Shown here in pieces: positions 1 to 12,874 of a stretch of 64,000 bases of DNA. How positions within the stretch are numbered: position 1 is the stretch's first letter; every line of letters starts with the position of its first letter. Origin of the DNA: Kondoa subrosea (lineage: Eukaryota); NCBI GenBank assembly GCA_039545335.1, contig BCIN01000010.1:1-64000 (forward strand). The letters are read 5' to 3'. The translations under genes were made by a program, and so were the position numbers. Below the pieces are notes generated by a model that was not told the origin of the DNA, ran no database searches, and saw only the letters and a list, made by a program, of their open reading frames with translations.

Positions 1-1613
1 TGAAGAGTCTTGCAGGAAACCTTGAGTGGTCTACGATCACCAGGGCAAGGGGCTATGTTCTACTGGATACTGAATACGGCGGTCGAGGGACAAACAGAAG
101 CAAATTCCAGACCTCTCTTTGATCATAGAGGAATACCGTGACGCCCATCAGTTCTGCCGAGAGGCAGTTCTTGCAATTAATCGTTGGGCATGAACGCTCC
201 GACATATCTACTGGCTGTCATATACGGCTATGCTCGCAGTTGCTGCTATCTGCCTACTGCAGCAATTGCCCCTCACCAAACTGTTGTCTACATTCCCTTC
301 TTGTACTCCTGAATCGCGCGCACAACATTATTTGTTGAGCGAATCAGCTGTAAATCAGCCAGAAGTATATCATTAGCAATGGACTGCAGAACATCTTTGA
401 CGCGCACGACCAAAAGACATGGGCAACAATTCTCCTAATGTTCGGATATCGACCTTATTCTTTGAATCTTTTGTCCAACTCGAATGTACCATATAAATCG
501 GTGTCTGTTCCAATTTTCCATCGAGTCAAAAGTCATCCAGCACAAAGAGAAGCAAGACGCACCTCAAGCGAACAGANCTCGCGAAGCACTTGTCGACAAA
601 CACCACTATTGGTTCTCAATCAATTTGAAACTTGGCACTTCAGTGATTCGAAAGCATACCAAGGAGAAGTCGGGCCTGCATGAATAGTCAAGCAGCATCA
701 AATCAAGAGACAGAGGAAACACTTACCATCCGTATCTGCTGCTACTGAAACAGCCAAGAATTTGGTCTGCCCTTCCGCATATACGCTCATGAGAATATCA
801 AGATTATACAAGTAAGACGAAAGGAACAGCAGAAACGCACGAAAGCTCTTCCTATGGCGGATCGTTCTGCGCATGTGCCTGTTGAATATGCAGCCCGAAC
901 CAGATTTGGCAGACGAATCAGATGTGCTGTCTGAATCTGCCGACATCGTTTGCAGCCCTTTGCAGCACAGATATCGAAGTGATCTTATATGTGCGAGAGC
1001 TACGGGGACAAACAGGAAGACTGATTGCGTAGACTGCAGTAGAAATAGAAAACAGAACCAGAAACGAAATCAGAAACACTCACAAAAACAGTCGTCAAAG
1101 CGCGAAGTAATTCAGCTTCGAAGACTGAAGATGACAGGCCGAATGAAGACTCGCGCGAAAGAAGAGGGTCAAATCGGGATGGCGCTTGTATGTAAAAGCA
1201 CGAGTGAGTACATAAGCAGATGTCGTATCCATCAAAAACGGCCCGAGCAGATCTGAGGTACTCGTCGACGTCATGAGGTTATAGCATTGCCATCGCCGCT
1301 GGGTTGGTACGAGCTTTCCATGAATTGCGACAATGTTTACGAAATTGTGCTCTTTACTGATTCCTGTGACCCCCCTGACTGCTTCATCTGTCCACAGATT
1401 CCACTGACATCAATCGCAGGAACATACGCAAGTGCTCTTCTCCTTTCCCTGATCGCTGATACTCGAGCTCTATCCGAAGCTCAGTGTTATTGTTGGTTCA
1501 ATGCGAGGGTGGTAAAGATTTGGGAAGCTCAGGTTGCGGTGTATAGGGAAGATTTGCTCTGCTTTGAGGAGACTGATCAATTCGGAAAGGCCGAAATTGC
1601 TGAAATGCTTTAA
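1..1613 (+). CDS. Possible 3' part of an intron-rich hypothetical protein gene; exon structure unresolved
   Basis: Several coding-looking segments flanked by GT/AG sites, e.g. QKYIISNGLQNIFDAHDQKTWATILLMFGYRPY near 360-500 and an ORF ending TAA at 1613. No family recognised, and one N at 577. Confidence 0.25.
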
Positions 1614-1708
1614 TTCGGATGTTTTTCCTGTTCCGATCTGCTTGATGTTCCGCCTTGCAAATTTCTGCAGCAGTCTTTGCTCGAGGAGACGGTGAGGTGA
1701 AAGGAAAT

Positions 1709-3041
1709 TCAAGTGGATGTCTTGCCTGTTTTAGAAGAACGTCGTCGGTCGTAGAAGTACAGGAAACAATTTTGTAAAAAGGTAAATGTACTGCTCGAGA
1801 GCCAGTAGACTAGTACAGCCTGTTTGTCAAAGAAAGTCAACTTCTCTCCGATATAAAAGAGAGCTAAGAAAGACATACTGTCGGTTGTGTACAAGCGAAA
1901 ATGACCATGCCTATACTAAAACATCGCAACCCTGTTGTAATGCTATCTGTTCCCGCATTGATCAAACCCTTCTTTGCGATAGGTTGCTGAGCTGGTACTT
2001 GAGTTGAAGCTTGTCGACTTGTTGAAGGTTTAGCTCTTCGTATGACAGGCAATGTAGGAGCAGAAGGAATCGGTTGAGGTGGAGCTACAAATCTATATCT
2101 CCCTAGCGGTCTACTTTGCGCAGGTGATGTTGAAGTTTTGCTGACTTCTGCTTCAGTTTTGCGTTCCAATTCCGCATAAGCGTTTCGAACGCCAGCTGAT
2201 AATTCGGTATTACTGAACAGAGCCAATCCAGCCAGTAAGGGAAGAATCAAGCTTGGATCTGTATCTGCTAGAGAAGGTGACCACATAACTCCTTCTTTAC
2301 AGAATTCAAGCAGTGCTGGTAACTGCGTCTCAGACAGGGTTTCTCGAGGTATTATTGCTGGATCAAGCGAAGTTGCCCATAAAGGAGGAGTATGCGTTTG
2401 CAGCACAGTAGTGGCTCGAATGCAAGTTTCGCGCAGAACGATAGTAAGCGAAGCAAGGATAGGGATATTGACAAGAATGGGTGCAAGAATTGTAGGCCAC
2501 GGATGACAATTGTACTTGCCCACAAGTTCCTTCTGCTTAGCTGTGGTCTGATAGTTCATGAGTATACTGGTTTATCCAAATTGCGCTGTACATAGCTCAC
2601 CCGCCGTTTGAACTCCTTCACATATTCCTCATAGCTTTTACCCAATTTCCTATATTCCGACCTGAGATCCACCGCGCATCGTTGAGAGAACAGCCTCGCT
2701 TCAGGAGTGACCAGATCTTTGAGTCTAGCCGTTCTCTTGCGTTGCCAGATTTGCATTGGCACAGTGAAAGTCAGTCTCAAGCATATTGTGACCAAGACGA
2801 TGCTGGCTGTATAGGATGAGACAGGTAAATGTTCAGGTAGATGTAAGAAAGCGTCTGTGAGCTGCTCAATCAGTCCAGCTTGATGCACGACGGTCTGCTG
2901 TATTTCATTTGGTAAACGAGTTGGAGCAGAAGCGCTGAATGGTCTAGCTCTAGCAATGAGCGGTATCCTGTGATTGGCTTTATTCCTGAATGCTGGTGCG
3001 AAGCAAGTCAGCACTCGAGGCGAAATCAAAGTGGTCATCAT
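1709..3041 (-). CDS. COX18: Oxa1/YidC-family mitochondrial inner-membrane insertase, Cox18-like
   Basis: Mitochondrial-presequence-like N-terminus, SYTASIVLVTICLRL, HPWPTILAPILVNIPIL, WSPSLADTDPSLILPLL and terminal AVLVYWLSSSTFTFLQN. It lacks the long Oxa1 ribosome-binding tail. Two introns. An in-frame upstream ATG also exists at 3116. Confidence 0.8.
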
Positions 3042-3112
3042 AAGCAAAGAGTGGTAGTGATTTGATGCGATGCGAAACGATTGCAGTACAGTACGAGTAG
3101 ATCCAATGCATA

Positions 3113-5540
3113 TCATCCCATCATACTAGCGAATCCTCCTCCGGCATACATCATGGCTAGAGTGAAAGTAAGATCTCGCTTTTCGACGAGGAGGACGAGG
3201 CATCACTCACGTCGAATGTCGGTTGGATGCGGACTCGCAGCATATGTTGTATAGTTGAGCGATCCGTCGTCGCTTATGCGTACAAATGCCGCCAGATTGC
3301 CGACCTAGTGATGAATTTAGATCTAATAATTCTCAAACAGCAGACGACACATACCTGATCCTGCATGAGAAAAGGTCTCAACTTTAACAGGAGATCAGAT
3401 ACAGCGGGACGATCAACACTCACGACATAATTTGGCCTGTTTACGGCACAATTAGTAAGGGTTCAGCAAACTAAGAAGCGGACACTCACGCGCTGAAGAC
3501 AGTTATGCAAAGTCCATTCTGTTCCACGCTATACCTGTAAGTATATAGAGCACATCAGCGACCATACTGGTGAGAGGAGCGTTAGCAGACTCACCCTTCC
3601 TGTCTGACTTCATGCGATCGAATAATAGCAGTTACTCCATTCTTTTCAGCAAACGTTCTAGTGATATCCGGACCGAAGGCCAATCCCACACCACGTTTAC
3701 TTGGACCTCTTCCATTCGCTTCTTGAGGATCTGCCCATAAAGCTTCACCAAATGTGGTATCACCAGCAGGTTGTTTCGTCTTGAGTCGATCAATTTTCTT
3801 CACGTCCTCTAAACCTACTTCATCTCTGCTGAAAATCCCACCATGAACAACGAAATAACGTTTTGTGCCATTTGGTCCTAATATGGGCGGAGGTAATTCT
3901 TTGCGTAGAGAGAAAAGGGATTTCATAGCCGCTGGTTCCGGTGGTTGACTTGCCGTGACTAAAGTTGCAACTGGTAGAGCTGCAAAGACTTCTTCAAACA
4001 AGCGATATGTGAGTTCAGAGTATTTCTTCTTCGTTTCGCCCTAATTTCGATCATGTACTGAGTAAGCGCTATATCTGCTACTACAAGCGAAAACTTACCT
4101 CAAAGCCATACACTTTATTCATATCCGATGTTTCGTGGTTACCTCGATTTAGGAAAACATTCTTAGGGTAGAGCCATCTTTAAGAACATAATGAGATTCG
4201 TTATAAGGGAAATCAACAGACAACTTACTTGTAGGCAAAGAAGGTCAGAACTACTTCTGTACTCCAGCTTCCACGATCCACGAAATCACCATTCGCCAGA
4301 ATCGTGTGTGTTGCTGAAGGCGGACCAGTAAGGGAGAAAAGATGTAACAGATCATAGAATTGGCCATGCGTGTCCTGTGAGCTCAAAGATCGCGTCAGCA
4401 CAAGAATGTGACAAGTAGTAATGAGCGTACGCCTATTACATCGCATGTACATCCTTGCGGTATGTCGATTTCTACTAAACTTGGATGTTTCAGTAGTTCC
4501 GCTTGACAGCCCATCGCTATCTGCCAGACGTATTTCCTGCACTGATATGAGCATACGAGAAGAGCCCGATGACAAGAGTGCGCACTTAGGTAAAAGTTTG
4601 CCTGCCTTAAAATGCTCAATCATGCCATCGATGAAAATCTGCGTTATCCTCGGTCGTTTCCTTCCATCTGAAGTACTCGACTCTTGCAGTATTGGTCCCT
4701 CGTAACCCTTCTCGATTTCAAGACCATCGTCTATTTGTTTCCTGAGTTTGACAGAAACGGCTTCTTCATCTTGTGAACTGATTGCTTTCTCAAAGGCTAA
4801 TCTTCGTTGGAGCTTGACCGTACTGTCTAATTGTGCTTTCGCTGTCGCGTTCTTCGGATCCAGCTGTACCACTTTTTTGAAATCTTCCACTGCTGATTTC
4901 GGATTCATGATCGCTAAAGCAGCTACAGCTCTTCTGTAATATGCTTTGACATATTTTGGATCGTATTCTATCGCTTTGCCTGCCGCAAATCATTCTCTTT
5001 GAGTGAACATTTCACACAAAGGAATGATCAAAACGGACCAGCGTCTGAGATAGCAAGACCGAACTCCTCCCTTTTTAGTCGACATGCCGCTCCTATTCAC
5101 TGACATAAGATCTCATCGCACGACGTAATAAGACGAGACTTGCTATTACACCAAACAGCTGAATCGAAAGGATTCCTAGCCAAAGCAAGGGTATACAAGT
5201 CCAGAGCAGATTGATAATCAGAAGCCAAGAACTGCTTGTTTGCTTCCTTCTTAATTCGCAAGGCATCCTGCTTGTCGTCTTCTGTAAGATCTTCAATTCG
5301 TTCAGGCCGATCAGCAGAATCCGAGTCTAATGAAGCTTGACTGCGTTGATCTAAAGAGATTTCACTGAAAGAATCGCCTAAAGGAGCTTTGTAGGAGGAT
5401 CCAGCTTCGCTCATGACTTCTTCTGGCAGATCGCTTTCTATTCCATGGTCTTTTGGGGATAATTGTACAGATGTGGCTGGACTAGAGCCAGATCCGCTTG
5501 ATGAGCCATTAAGCTGCGGTGAGCTACTTCCTAATGACAT
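3113..5540 (-). CDS. PPT1: Serine/threonine protein phosphatase 5 (TPR + PPP catalytic domain)
   Basis: N-terminal TPRs (IKKEANKQF...ALDLYTLAL), [37 protein letters not shown]...SKRGVG, IIRSHE, TVFSAPNY and C-terminal [14 protein letters not shown]. Multi-exon. Confidence 0.95.
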
Positions 5541-5746
5541 CGGTCTCGTTGGATGCAAGCAACAAACGAAAAAAAATTATATGAAGCTCATGTTGATGGA
5601 AGGACTGCTGCAGGGGTCTCAAGTTGCGATTAAGCTGCATCAGAAATGTATTCTATCGATTTTGGCTTTTGAGTTCAAAGCATTACCGTACTTGTATGCG
5701 GTATTAGTAAGCTATAATTGCAGTGCCGATATGCGATAGGAATACT

Positions 5747-8700
5747 TCACCCATTCTTCCGCTTACTATGAGCTTTCTTCACTTCCATCTCATGCCAATC
5801 TCCGCGAACATTTTCGAGCCTGAAAACGCAATGGTTTAGAAGTGATTGGACAGTTCCAAACTAGACTCACATGGTAGGTTGTTCTGCTTGAGGTAATTCT
5901 GTCATGAAGTAGGGTAGCTGTAGCGCTTGAGCAGCTGTAGGTCTTCGACTTGGATCCAGCTCCAACAAGGCTTGAGCTAATTCAATAGTGGCTTCCGTTT
6001 TGAGGTATTTCCTGGATTGGATTGGGCGTGAGAATCAAATGGTACCCTGGCATTGAGACCACTCACGTTCCGAAAGTCTCTTTGAAACGGTTCGCTATAG
6101 GTTCTTTAGGCTTCACAAGCTCATACCAAGGTAGATCGAAAACTGATGGCCAATTCTCTGCTGAGGGAGTTCCAAGGTATTTGAAAATCACTTCGAGCTG
6201 GTGTATCTCATCTTGACCTTGAAACGTTGGTCTTTTCGTAAAGAGTTCCAGAAAAATGCAACTATTTTTTCAATTGAGCAAAACTTCGTGCAACAAAATA
6301 TAGGTCCAACTTACCCAGCGCTCCACATGTCTACTTCTGCTTCATACACTGTCCCGCCATAGAGTAGTTCGGGAGGTTTATACCATTGCGTAATTACTCG
6401 ATTCGTGTAATCGTTCTTCTTGCCAGCAACGTAAAAGCGAGCCAAACCAAAATCGCAGATCTTGAGATCGCCCCTTTTGCCAAGGAGAATATTAGAGCCT
6501 TTCAGATCCCGATGAAGAATACGTCGTTTGTGCATATAAGAGAGACCTTGCAAGAGTTGCAGCATGAGGGATTTTAGATGAGCCGCTGTAAAGGATATGT
6601 CGGGATGGCGCAAAACTCCGGTCAGATCGTAATCCATGTACTCGAAAACCATGTAGACAGAGCCTGACTAATGTTCAGTCCGGCTCTCACCGAAATACAG
6701 TCGACTGACCTTGCGAAACCATCATCTCTAAGAGCTGAACGACGTTCTCGTGCTTCATACTCTGCAATAGCTTGATTTCGCGAACAGAGGTGATCGGGAA
6801 ACCGTCCTTTTCCGCTTCCATTCTAATGCGTTTGAGCGCAACCATAGTACCGGTTTCGACATTTCTAGCCTTGTAGACTTTCCCATACGTCCCCTCTCCA
6901 ACTTGATTAAGGCGCTCGTATAATTCACCAGCTTTGACGCGAGAAGATTTCTTTGGTGGTAAAGCAGGCGTAGAAGATACTCCTTGAGTCGGAGTAGCGA
7001 TGGGAGTTTCTACTGTTTGAGCTTCCATGACCGTATCGACCAATTGTACTGGTTCATATCTTGGTGCATTCGGTCCTTCATCTTGAGAGTATTGATTCTT
7101 TAAAGATGAATCACCAGGAGCGAAAGGACTGTCATTATTCGGAGGAAGTGGATATCCTTGATTATACATCTGAACCGGTTCGTTCAGAGGCGGTGCCATC
7201 CATGCAGGCCGTTGAGGGATCTGAGGTACATGAGCCATAGGATGAGGTGGAAGATTGTTTGGTCGAGAAGGACCAGAAGGAACGAAAGCAGGAGAAGGTA
7301 ATCCTCTAGATTGTTGTTCTCGCATCATAGCTGCTCTTTCTGCCGCTGCAATTATTTGCGCAATATCATCCGAAGCAGAATTGTTGGTTTGAGAAGGTTC
7401 CGGATCGGGAAAGAATTTCTGAACTTCCGCTCGAGCAGTTTCTTCTACCGATGGAGCGACTCGTTTGAAACCAGCTAAGGTTCTGCTTGGTACTATCGGT
7501 TTAATTGGCAATGCTGCAGCACCAATCTTAGGTCCTATAGGTGCGTCGGGTTTCCGCCATTCCCGAGGGCCTCTTGGTGCAGAAGTTTCTGCTGCAAAAG
7601 TACTCGATTGCGGCGGTAGAGGCTGATTAGTTCGGGTAACGACTGATGGTGGCGGAGAGCGAGAGGACTGTCTAGATTTGGGGGAGGGGCTGCGCCGACG
7701 AGGAGGAGAAGAATTCCGACGCGGAGAATGATTCCGACGATTTGAAGTAGTTCGTTCTCGAGATCTGGAACGAGATTTTGACTTATCTCGACGAGAATGC
7801 CTGCTCGACCGAGCTGGAGATAGGCGTCGAGCCGGAGGAGGAGGAGAACGAGACCGACTACGCGGCGATCGTCCTCGGCGGACATGACGCTGAGTCTTAT
7901 TGGTAGCAGTCGTCGCTGGTTTTGTTGTGGTTGAGGATTTGAGCTCTCGTACGGCTGCTTCATTTGGACCCGTCCGACCTTTGCCTTTGTTCGAGCTATT
8001 TTTATGGGAAGTAGATGCGGAGGTCGTAGCGGGAGGAGGTGAGCGAGATCTTTCTCTATGAGCTTTACTTCGACGGTAATGCGACTCGTGCGAAGAGGAA
8101 GAAGCAGAGGAAGGCGATCTTCGCTTTCGAGCGCGACCAAGCGAATCGACAGATGGGCTTCTAGCTGCTCGTCCTCTTGATTCCGGATCATCTTCTCTTC
8201 GTACGTATGAAGATTTGTTAGCAGATCTACTCGATTTCCTGTTTGATCTATCGCGTGAATTAAGGCATACAGAACAAATAAAGTACCCACCGATCGACTT
8301 CTTCCTCCTTATCAAGTCTCGGTCTCTTGTTTGAGGAGAAAGCGAGCTGATCATTCGGTCTCTGCCGACCCTTACGATCGTTCGAACCAGATGCCTTCGA
8401 TTCTTGATTCCCTTGTTGCGAAGACCGTGCACCCTTATTCGAATTCATATCGATTCGTTCGTTTCTGTCTTGCCAATCTTGCGAAGGACCCAGACGTGCA
8501 GGAGGTGCATTATTAGCGGGAGCGATAGGGATAGATATCGGAGCTTGTTGTTGAGGATTTCCGTTATTCCGGCGTTGATAATTGCCACGATCTCGACCTT
8601 TGAATGTGAGCGAAGTGACGTGAAGGTGGTTTAGTGTGAAAGCGGTGTAGGTAGTGGCAGGGGAAAGCGAATGTTTTTTTATGGGTAGGGGAGAAATATG

Positions 8701-9088
8701 GATAAAATAGCAAATATGATTAGCATTGCATGTGTAAGCCTATGAAAGCATTATGAAGTCTACCTGAGTCATTTCTCTGTTGCTGCTGAAATCGGTCTCG
8801 ATCGTTTCCTGCTCTTGCTGGAACAGTCATTGGTTGATTTGGGTCGTAAGCATTATTATTTGGATTCCATTGACCTGGTATCGTTCCTGGCGGTGGTAGC
8901 TGTTGATGAGGTGGTCTAGAGCCCCATTGAGGGTCAGGCATCCTCTGAGCAGGATAGAAGTGCGGGTCGTAGGCGTTTTGAGGCTGGCCTTGAAATTCGA
9001 CATGGCCGTGAAATGGAGGTCGAAAATCTTGGCCATTGGCAGGCAGCGGACCTCTGCGATAGTTCTGTTGATAACCGCCGCGCTGCAT
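5747..9088 (-). CDS. CTK1: RNA Pol II CTD kinase, Ctk1/Lsk1/CDK12-type CDK with long RS-rich N-terminus
   Basis: GEGTYGKVYKA, GFPITSVREIKLL, HRDLKGSN, DFGLAR and YTNRVIT. The SR/RS-rich low-complexity region spans about 7650-8250. Confidence 0.9.
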
Positions 9089-9700
9089 GGGCGTGTCGCA
9101 AGTAGCAGAAGGCAGGGAGACTATTGGTCGACTGAGACAAGTCAGAAATACGACACAAAAGTCGAATGAAGTAGCGGTTCGGAAGCTGTGTAACGTTACT
9201 ACGCATCAGTGTGGGTAAGGGAGACTAGACGAAGCACCTTACCTCAAGGCTGGGCGAGATTCTTCAGCGAAGCTGTTGTCAGAAAATCACACACTCGAGA
9301 GAGCTGTCGCGCTACCTGGATGTGAGCACTGATAAGCAGCAGCTGTGTCGTTACGAAGGGCTTCTATGAAAGTTGGGCCGGACTAGCAGATCGAAATCTA
9401 TGTTTTGCGAATTATCAGTCCTTGCGCTTGAAACCACGCGGACATGACTAACGGTTTAGATTGATGAATGTCCGCCCTGACAGACTGTCAAGTCAACGCT
9501 AAACGAATATGGCAGTCATGAATGTGAGAATACACTTGGCCGATTCGGTTAACATGCATGTGAGATCAGGAAACAAGGGCGAACGATTACACAGCATAAT
9601 AATGCAAGAACAACAGCATGTCCCTATTGTACAGTTGATATTAAACAAGTTCAGAAACGAAGGGAGTCTGCAAAGCTCGGCTTTCATATCTTCAGGTCCT

Positions 9701-12700
9701 TCACTCGTTCATTCTGGCTGCGAAGTAATCGAAATCGTTGGCTGGACTAGGTGCACGAGAATAGACTGAAAGCAAGGAGCAACTTGTTTATGAGCGAACA
9801 GGAAGATATAAAGGGATGACCACCTACCCAAGAATTCTTCCCATGAATTCGTGGCAGCATGAGCAGGCGCTTCTGCTCCAGCAAGATTGTTGCCAAACAG
9901 AGACATGCTGTGATCAGTCAAGAGTCAGACAGGATCATTACATTGCAAAGGGAAGGACGCACTCATCCCAGAAGCTGCCTTGGAAAAGAGCTTCCATGTG
10001 CGGGTTGTGGAATTGCTCAACTTGATGCGCAAGAGGTGGAGCAGCAGTTTCTGGCACTGGTAATTCGAAGCTATTTGATGTAACGCATTTAGTATCAGAA
10101 AAAAAATACCCTGTTTCAAAGACTTACTCTTCCACAATACCCAGTTCTTGTCGCTTTGCAGTGACTAGAACTCGCAAAAAAGAAGCGTATAAGTAATGTT
10201 GATGAGTTCTACAATATTGCATCAGCAATTGAGCAGAAAGACAGGACAGGGTATAACTCACTGATCGACCGCTACAGCCTCCAGTGTGTTGATAACAGCT
10301 TCGACAGATCTGAGGACATCGGTTACTGGAGGTGCGTTAACTGGTGAGTTGAGAAGTTTGAGGAGGAAACAGCATGAGTAGGAGCTGAAGATAAGAATGT
10401 TATCGGTAGAAGTCTGCAGTGTGCCAGAGTCGGCGAAGGCACCACTAAAAGTATTGCAGACTTCGCTGGCGGCTCGGTAACAAGCTGCTGTCATGCCTGC
10501 AATGTCCTCGCGAACGTTGTTCTCCAGAGCCAATTGAAGGCAATATGCAGCCAGACCGAGCTATTGCAATGTAAGAGCTCGGCCTAAGCCATCGACATTA
10601 GACTAACCTCGTAATACGCAAAATAGAAAGTTCCAGCTATAGCGTTGTAAGCATTGATAGCAGCACGGGGATTCCAGATCTCGCGAAACGCCAGCATTTG
10701 CTCCGTAAATGTCTTGTAAAGAAGTTTACTGCAACGGCACAGTCAACGAGTGGCCCAGTTGGAGGGTAGAGAGAATATACTAGTCTAGCATGCGATTCAA
10801 AGAATTTGTCGAATCCGTCGCAGAATAGATAAGATCCAGAGCTCGACCGTGCTGACGATGAAAAGCGACCATGGCACATAGTGAGCTGTACACCGGCCAG
10901 GATTCTGATCAGCCTGAAGCCGACTACAGATCCTGTCAGACGTACACATCTCGATAAAGCGTTCCTTCTTGTTTCCACCACTCATCGCTCGAGCGCACAA
11001 TGTAGTCTTCTCGTAAAGTGTACGGACGACCACATTGGGCGGACATGGATCGATCCACTACAAAGGTATAAAGCCAAGTCCGTTCTCTATTCAGAACTTC
11101 TCTTTGAAACGCGAGTTTCGTGGAGGCATCCACTCCTTCTGGTACCACAGCCGGTCGTTTACGGAACAAGCCAAGCTCTTGACCCATTCGAATAGCTTGT
11201 TGAAACGGTAAGTTTAAATGTAGAGAACCCCCGTGAGAAAGGCATACCGATTCCACTGTACATCCAACTGCGATCCTCTTCGTATCTAACAGACGGTTGT
11301 GTCCAAGTAGCCAGCAAAAGAAACGCTTGAATGACCTCAATACTCTTGAATGTACTCCTAATCGCCCCAACTGCCAATTCTTGCGCTGCAGACATGACTT
11401 GCGGGTAGAGATCTGGTTTCTTGGTATAATATTTTGATGCCACTGCGCAGATTGAGGTGAAAAGAAAGGGAGATCTTGATGCGACTAATTGAGGAGTATG
11501 AAATTCGACGCTTAGTAGACCGTTGTGAATAGCGCAGCGATCAAAGAAAAGGTCGAAGAGTTCAATCGCTTCCTGTGCATTGGTCAGAAATTTGCTCGAC
11601 TTTGATTCAGAAGGCTTACTGCAGGGGTAATAACGTGATCAAGCAGAATGGATGGCATCATACGTTGCTCGATCAGATGCTTGCGGACGGTGAGATTGGC
11701 GATTGGACCAGGCTGTTAACAAGAAATTCAGCCCAAGGGCCTCACAGCAGCAGTAACCAGCTGACCCTGAAGAATTCAGCATTAGCTGGACCCATTTTTG
11801 TTCCAGGTGGTGCAGAACCAGTTTCAGTAATTGGTCCATGTAAAGGTAAGTTCTCAAGGTTCTGATTGATCAAGTCTCGCAGATCCGTCGTGCGTTGTGT
11901 GTTTCGTAAAGAAGCGCTGTAACAAAAGTCAACGACAGCTTTGGAAGTGAAATGAATTACTTACTCGGCCAGAAGGCCCAAAGGATTCAAGTCATTGTCG
12001 GGTCTATTTGCAAAGGTGTGAGACAATTCAGCTCTGTTCTGCCATTAGAACTCACAATGCTCCTAATCGAGGAGACCCGTGTTCCGCTGTTCCTCCGCTT
12101 GATGAAGCTTGAGGAGGCATTGCGGCCAAGTTGCCATTGGTTCCGGAGGTCGAAGCCAGAGCAGGAGAAGTTAGAGGTACTGGTACAGTAGTTGGAGAAG
12201 AAAACGAAGTATAGAGCAGATTCCGAAGAGATTTGTCATCAACTCCATCCTTCTGCTTGATTCTCATTGCGGCTTGAGCAAGAAGACCAGGGTCCGAAGT
12301 GAAGACAGCTTTGAGGATAGTTTCCAGCGTGTCTTCCATTTGCTTAATGGCAACGCTCGCTTGGTCTGCAGCTTTCATTCCCTTCCGCTTACCACGCTGC
12401 GAAGCTTCAAAGATACACTCGTTGCCTTGTGTAATGCAGCGCTGACAAGGTCCGTCACCAGAAAACAAACAACGCATCTTGAGTTTCCTGCAACCCAAGC
12501 AAGCTCGCGATCCACGCTTCTTCGGCTCTCCTTTACTACCTTCTTTGCCATTCTTTGCCTTCTTACTGACAGGACCTGATTGAGGTGATTCGGATTGATC
12601 CAGTGGACGCTTCTCGCCGTGTATGGGTTCATAGTACATGTCTCCGTTGTCGTCTGAAGCACTGGCCAGCAGGGGATCCAGGTAGGACTGATCCATCAGT

Positions 12701-12708
12701 GTCGACAT
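9701..12708 (-). CDS. Zn(II)2Cys6 fungal transcription factor with middle homology region (priB-like)
   Basis: RGSRACLGCRKLKMRCLFSGDGPCQRCITQGNECIF binuclear cluster; MHR segments KSIEVIQAFLLLATW...DRSWMYSG and LNRERTWLYTFVVDRS. Last exon inferred as ...FDYFAARMNE*. Confidence 0.85.
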
Positions 12709-12724
12709 CTGGGCGTTGGCCGAC

Positions 12725-12742
12725 AGAGAGAGAGAGAGAGAG
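12725..12742. repeat. (AG)9 microsatellite, i.e. (CT)9 on the sense strand just upstream of the Zn2Cys6 TF start
   Basis: Read directly from the sequence. Confidence 0.9.
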
Positions 12743-12874
12743 TCGCGATCGCGGTTGTAAAATGAGAGACAGCAATTTCAAAAGAGGGGATCACTTGGTG
12801 CTCCGTAATCTGGGAAATGTTGAGGCGGATGATGGTATTATGCACAAGTCTCAACAGATCTATCTATCTGTAGT

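Noticed and set aside
873..1613. Two same-frame ORFs separated by TGA at 1254-1256 (readthrough, or a BAH-like domain from WYEL...IPLTSIAG)
   Set aside because: Splice signals nearby could remove the stop, and the similarity is too weak to claim without a profile search.
7535..8290. 251-aa alternative-frame ORF inside CTK1
   Set aside because: It is a shifted reading of the low-complexity RS-coding region, where stops are depleted; there is no independent evidence.
8598..8764. Unusually long first CTK1 intron (about 165 nt) as a possible snoRNA host
   Set aside because: No convincing C/D or H/ACA boxes with terminal stems were seen.
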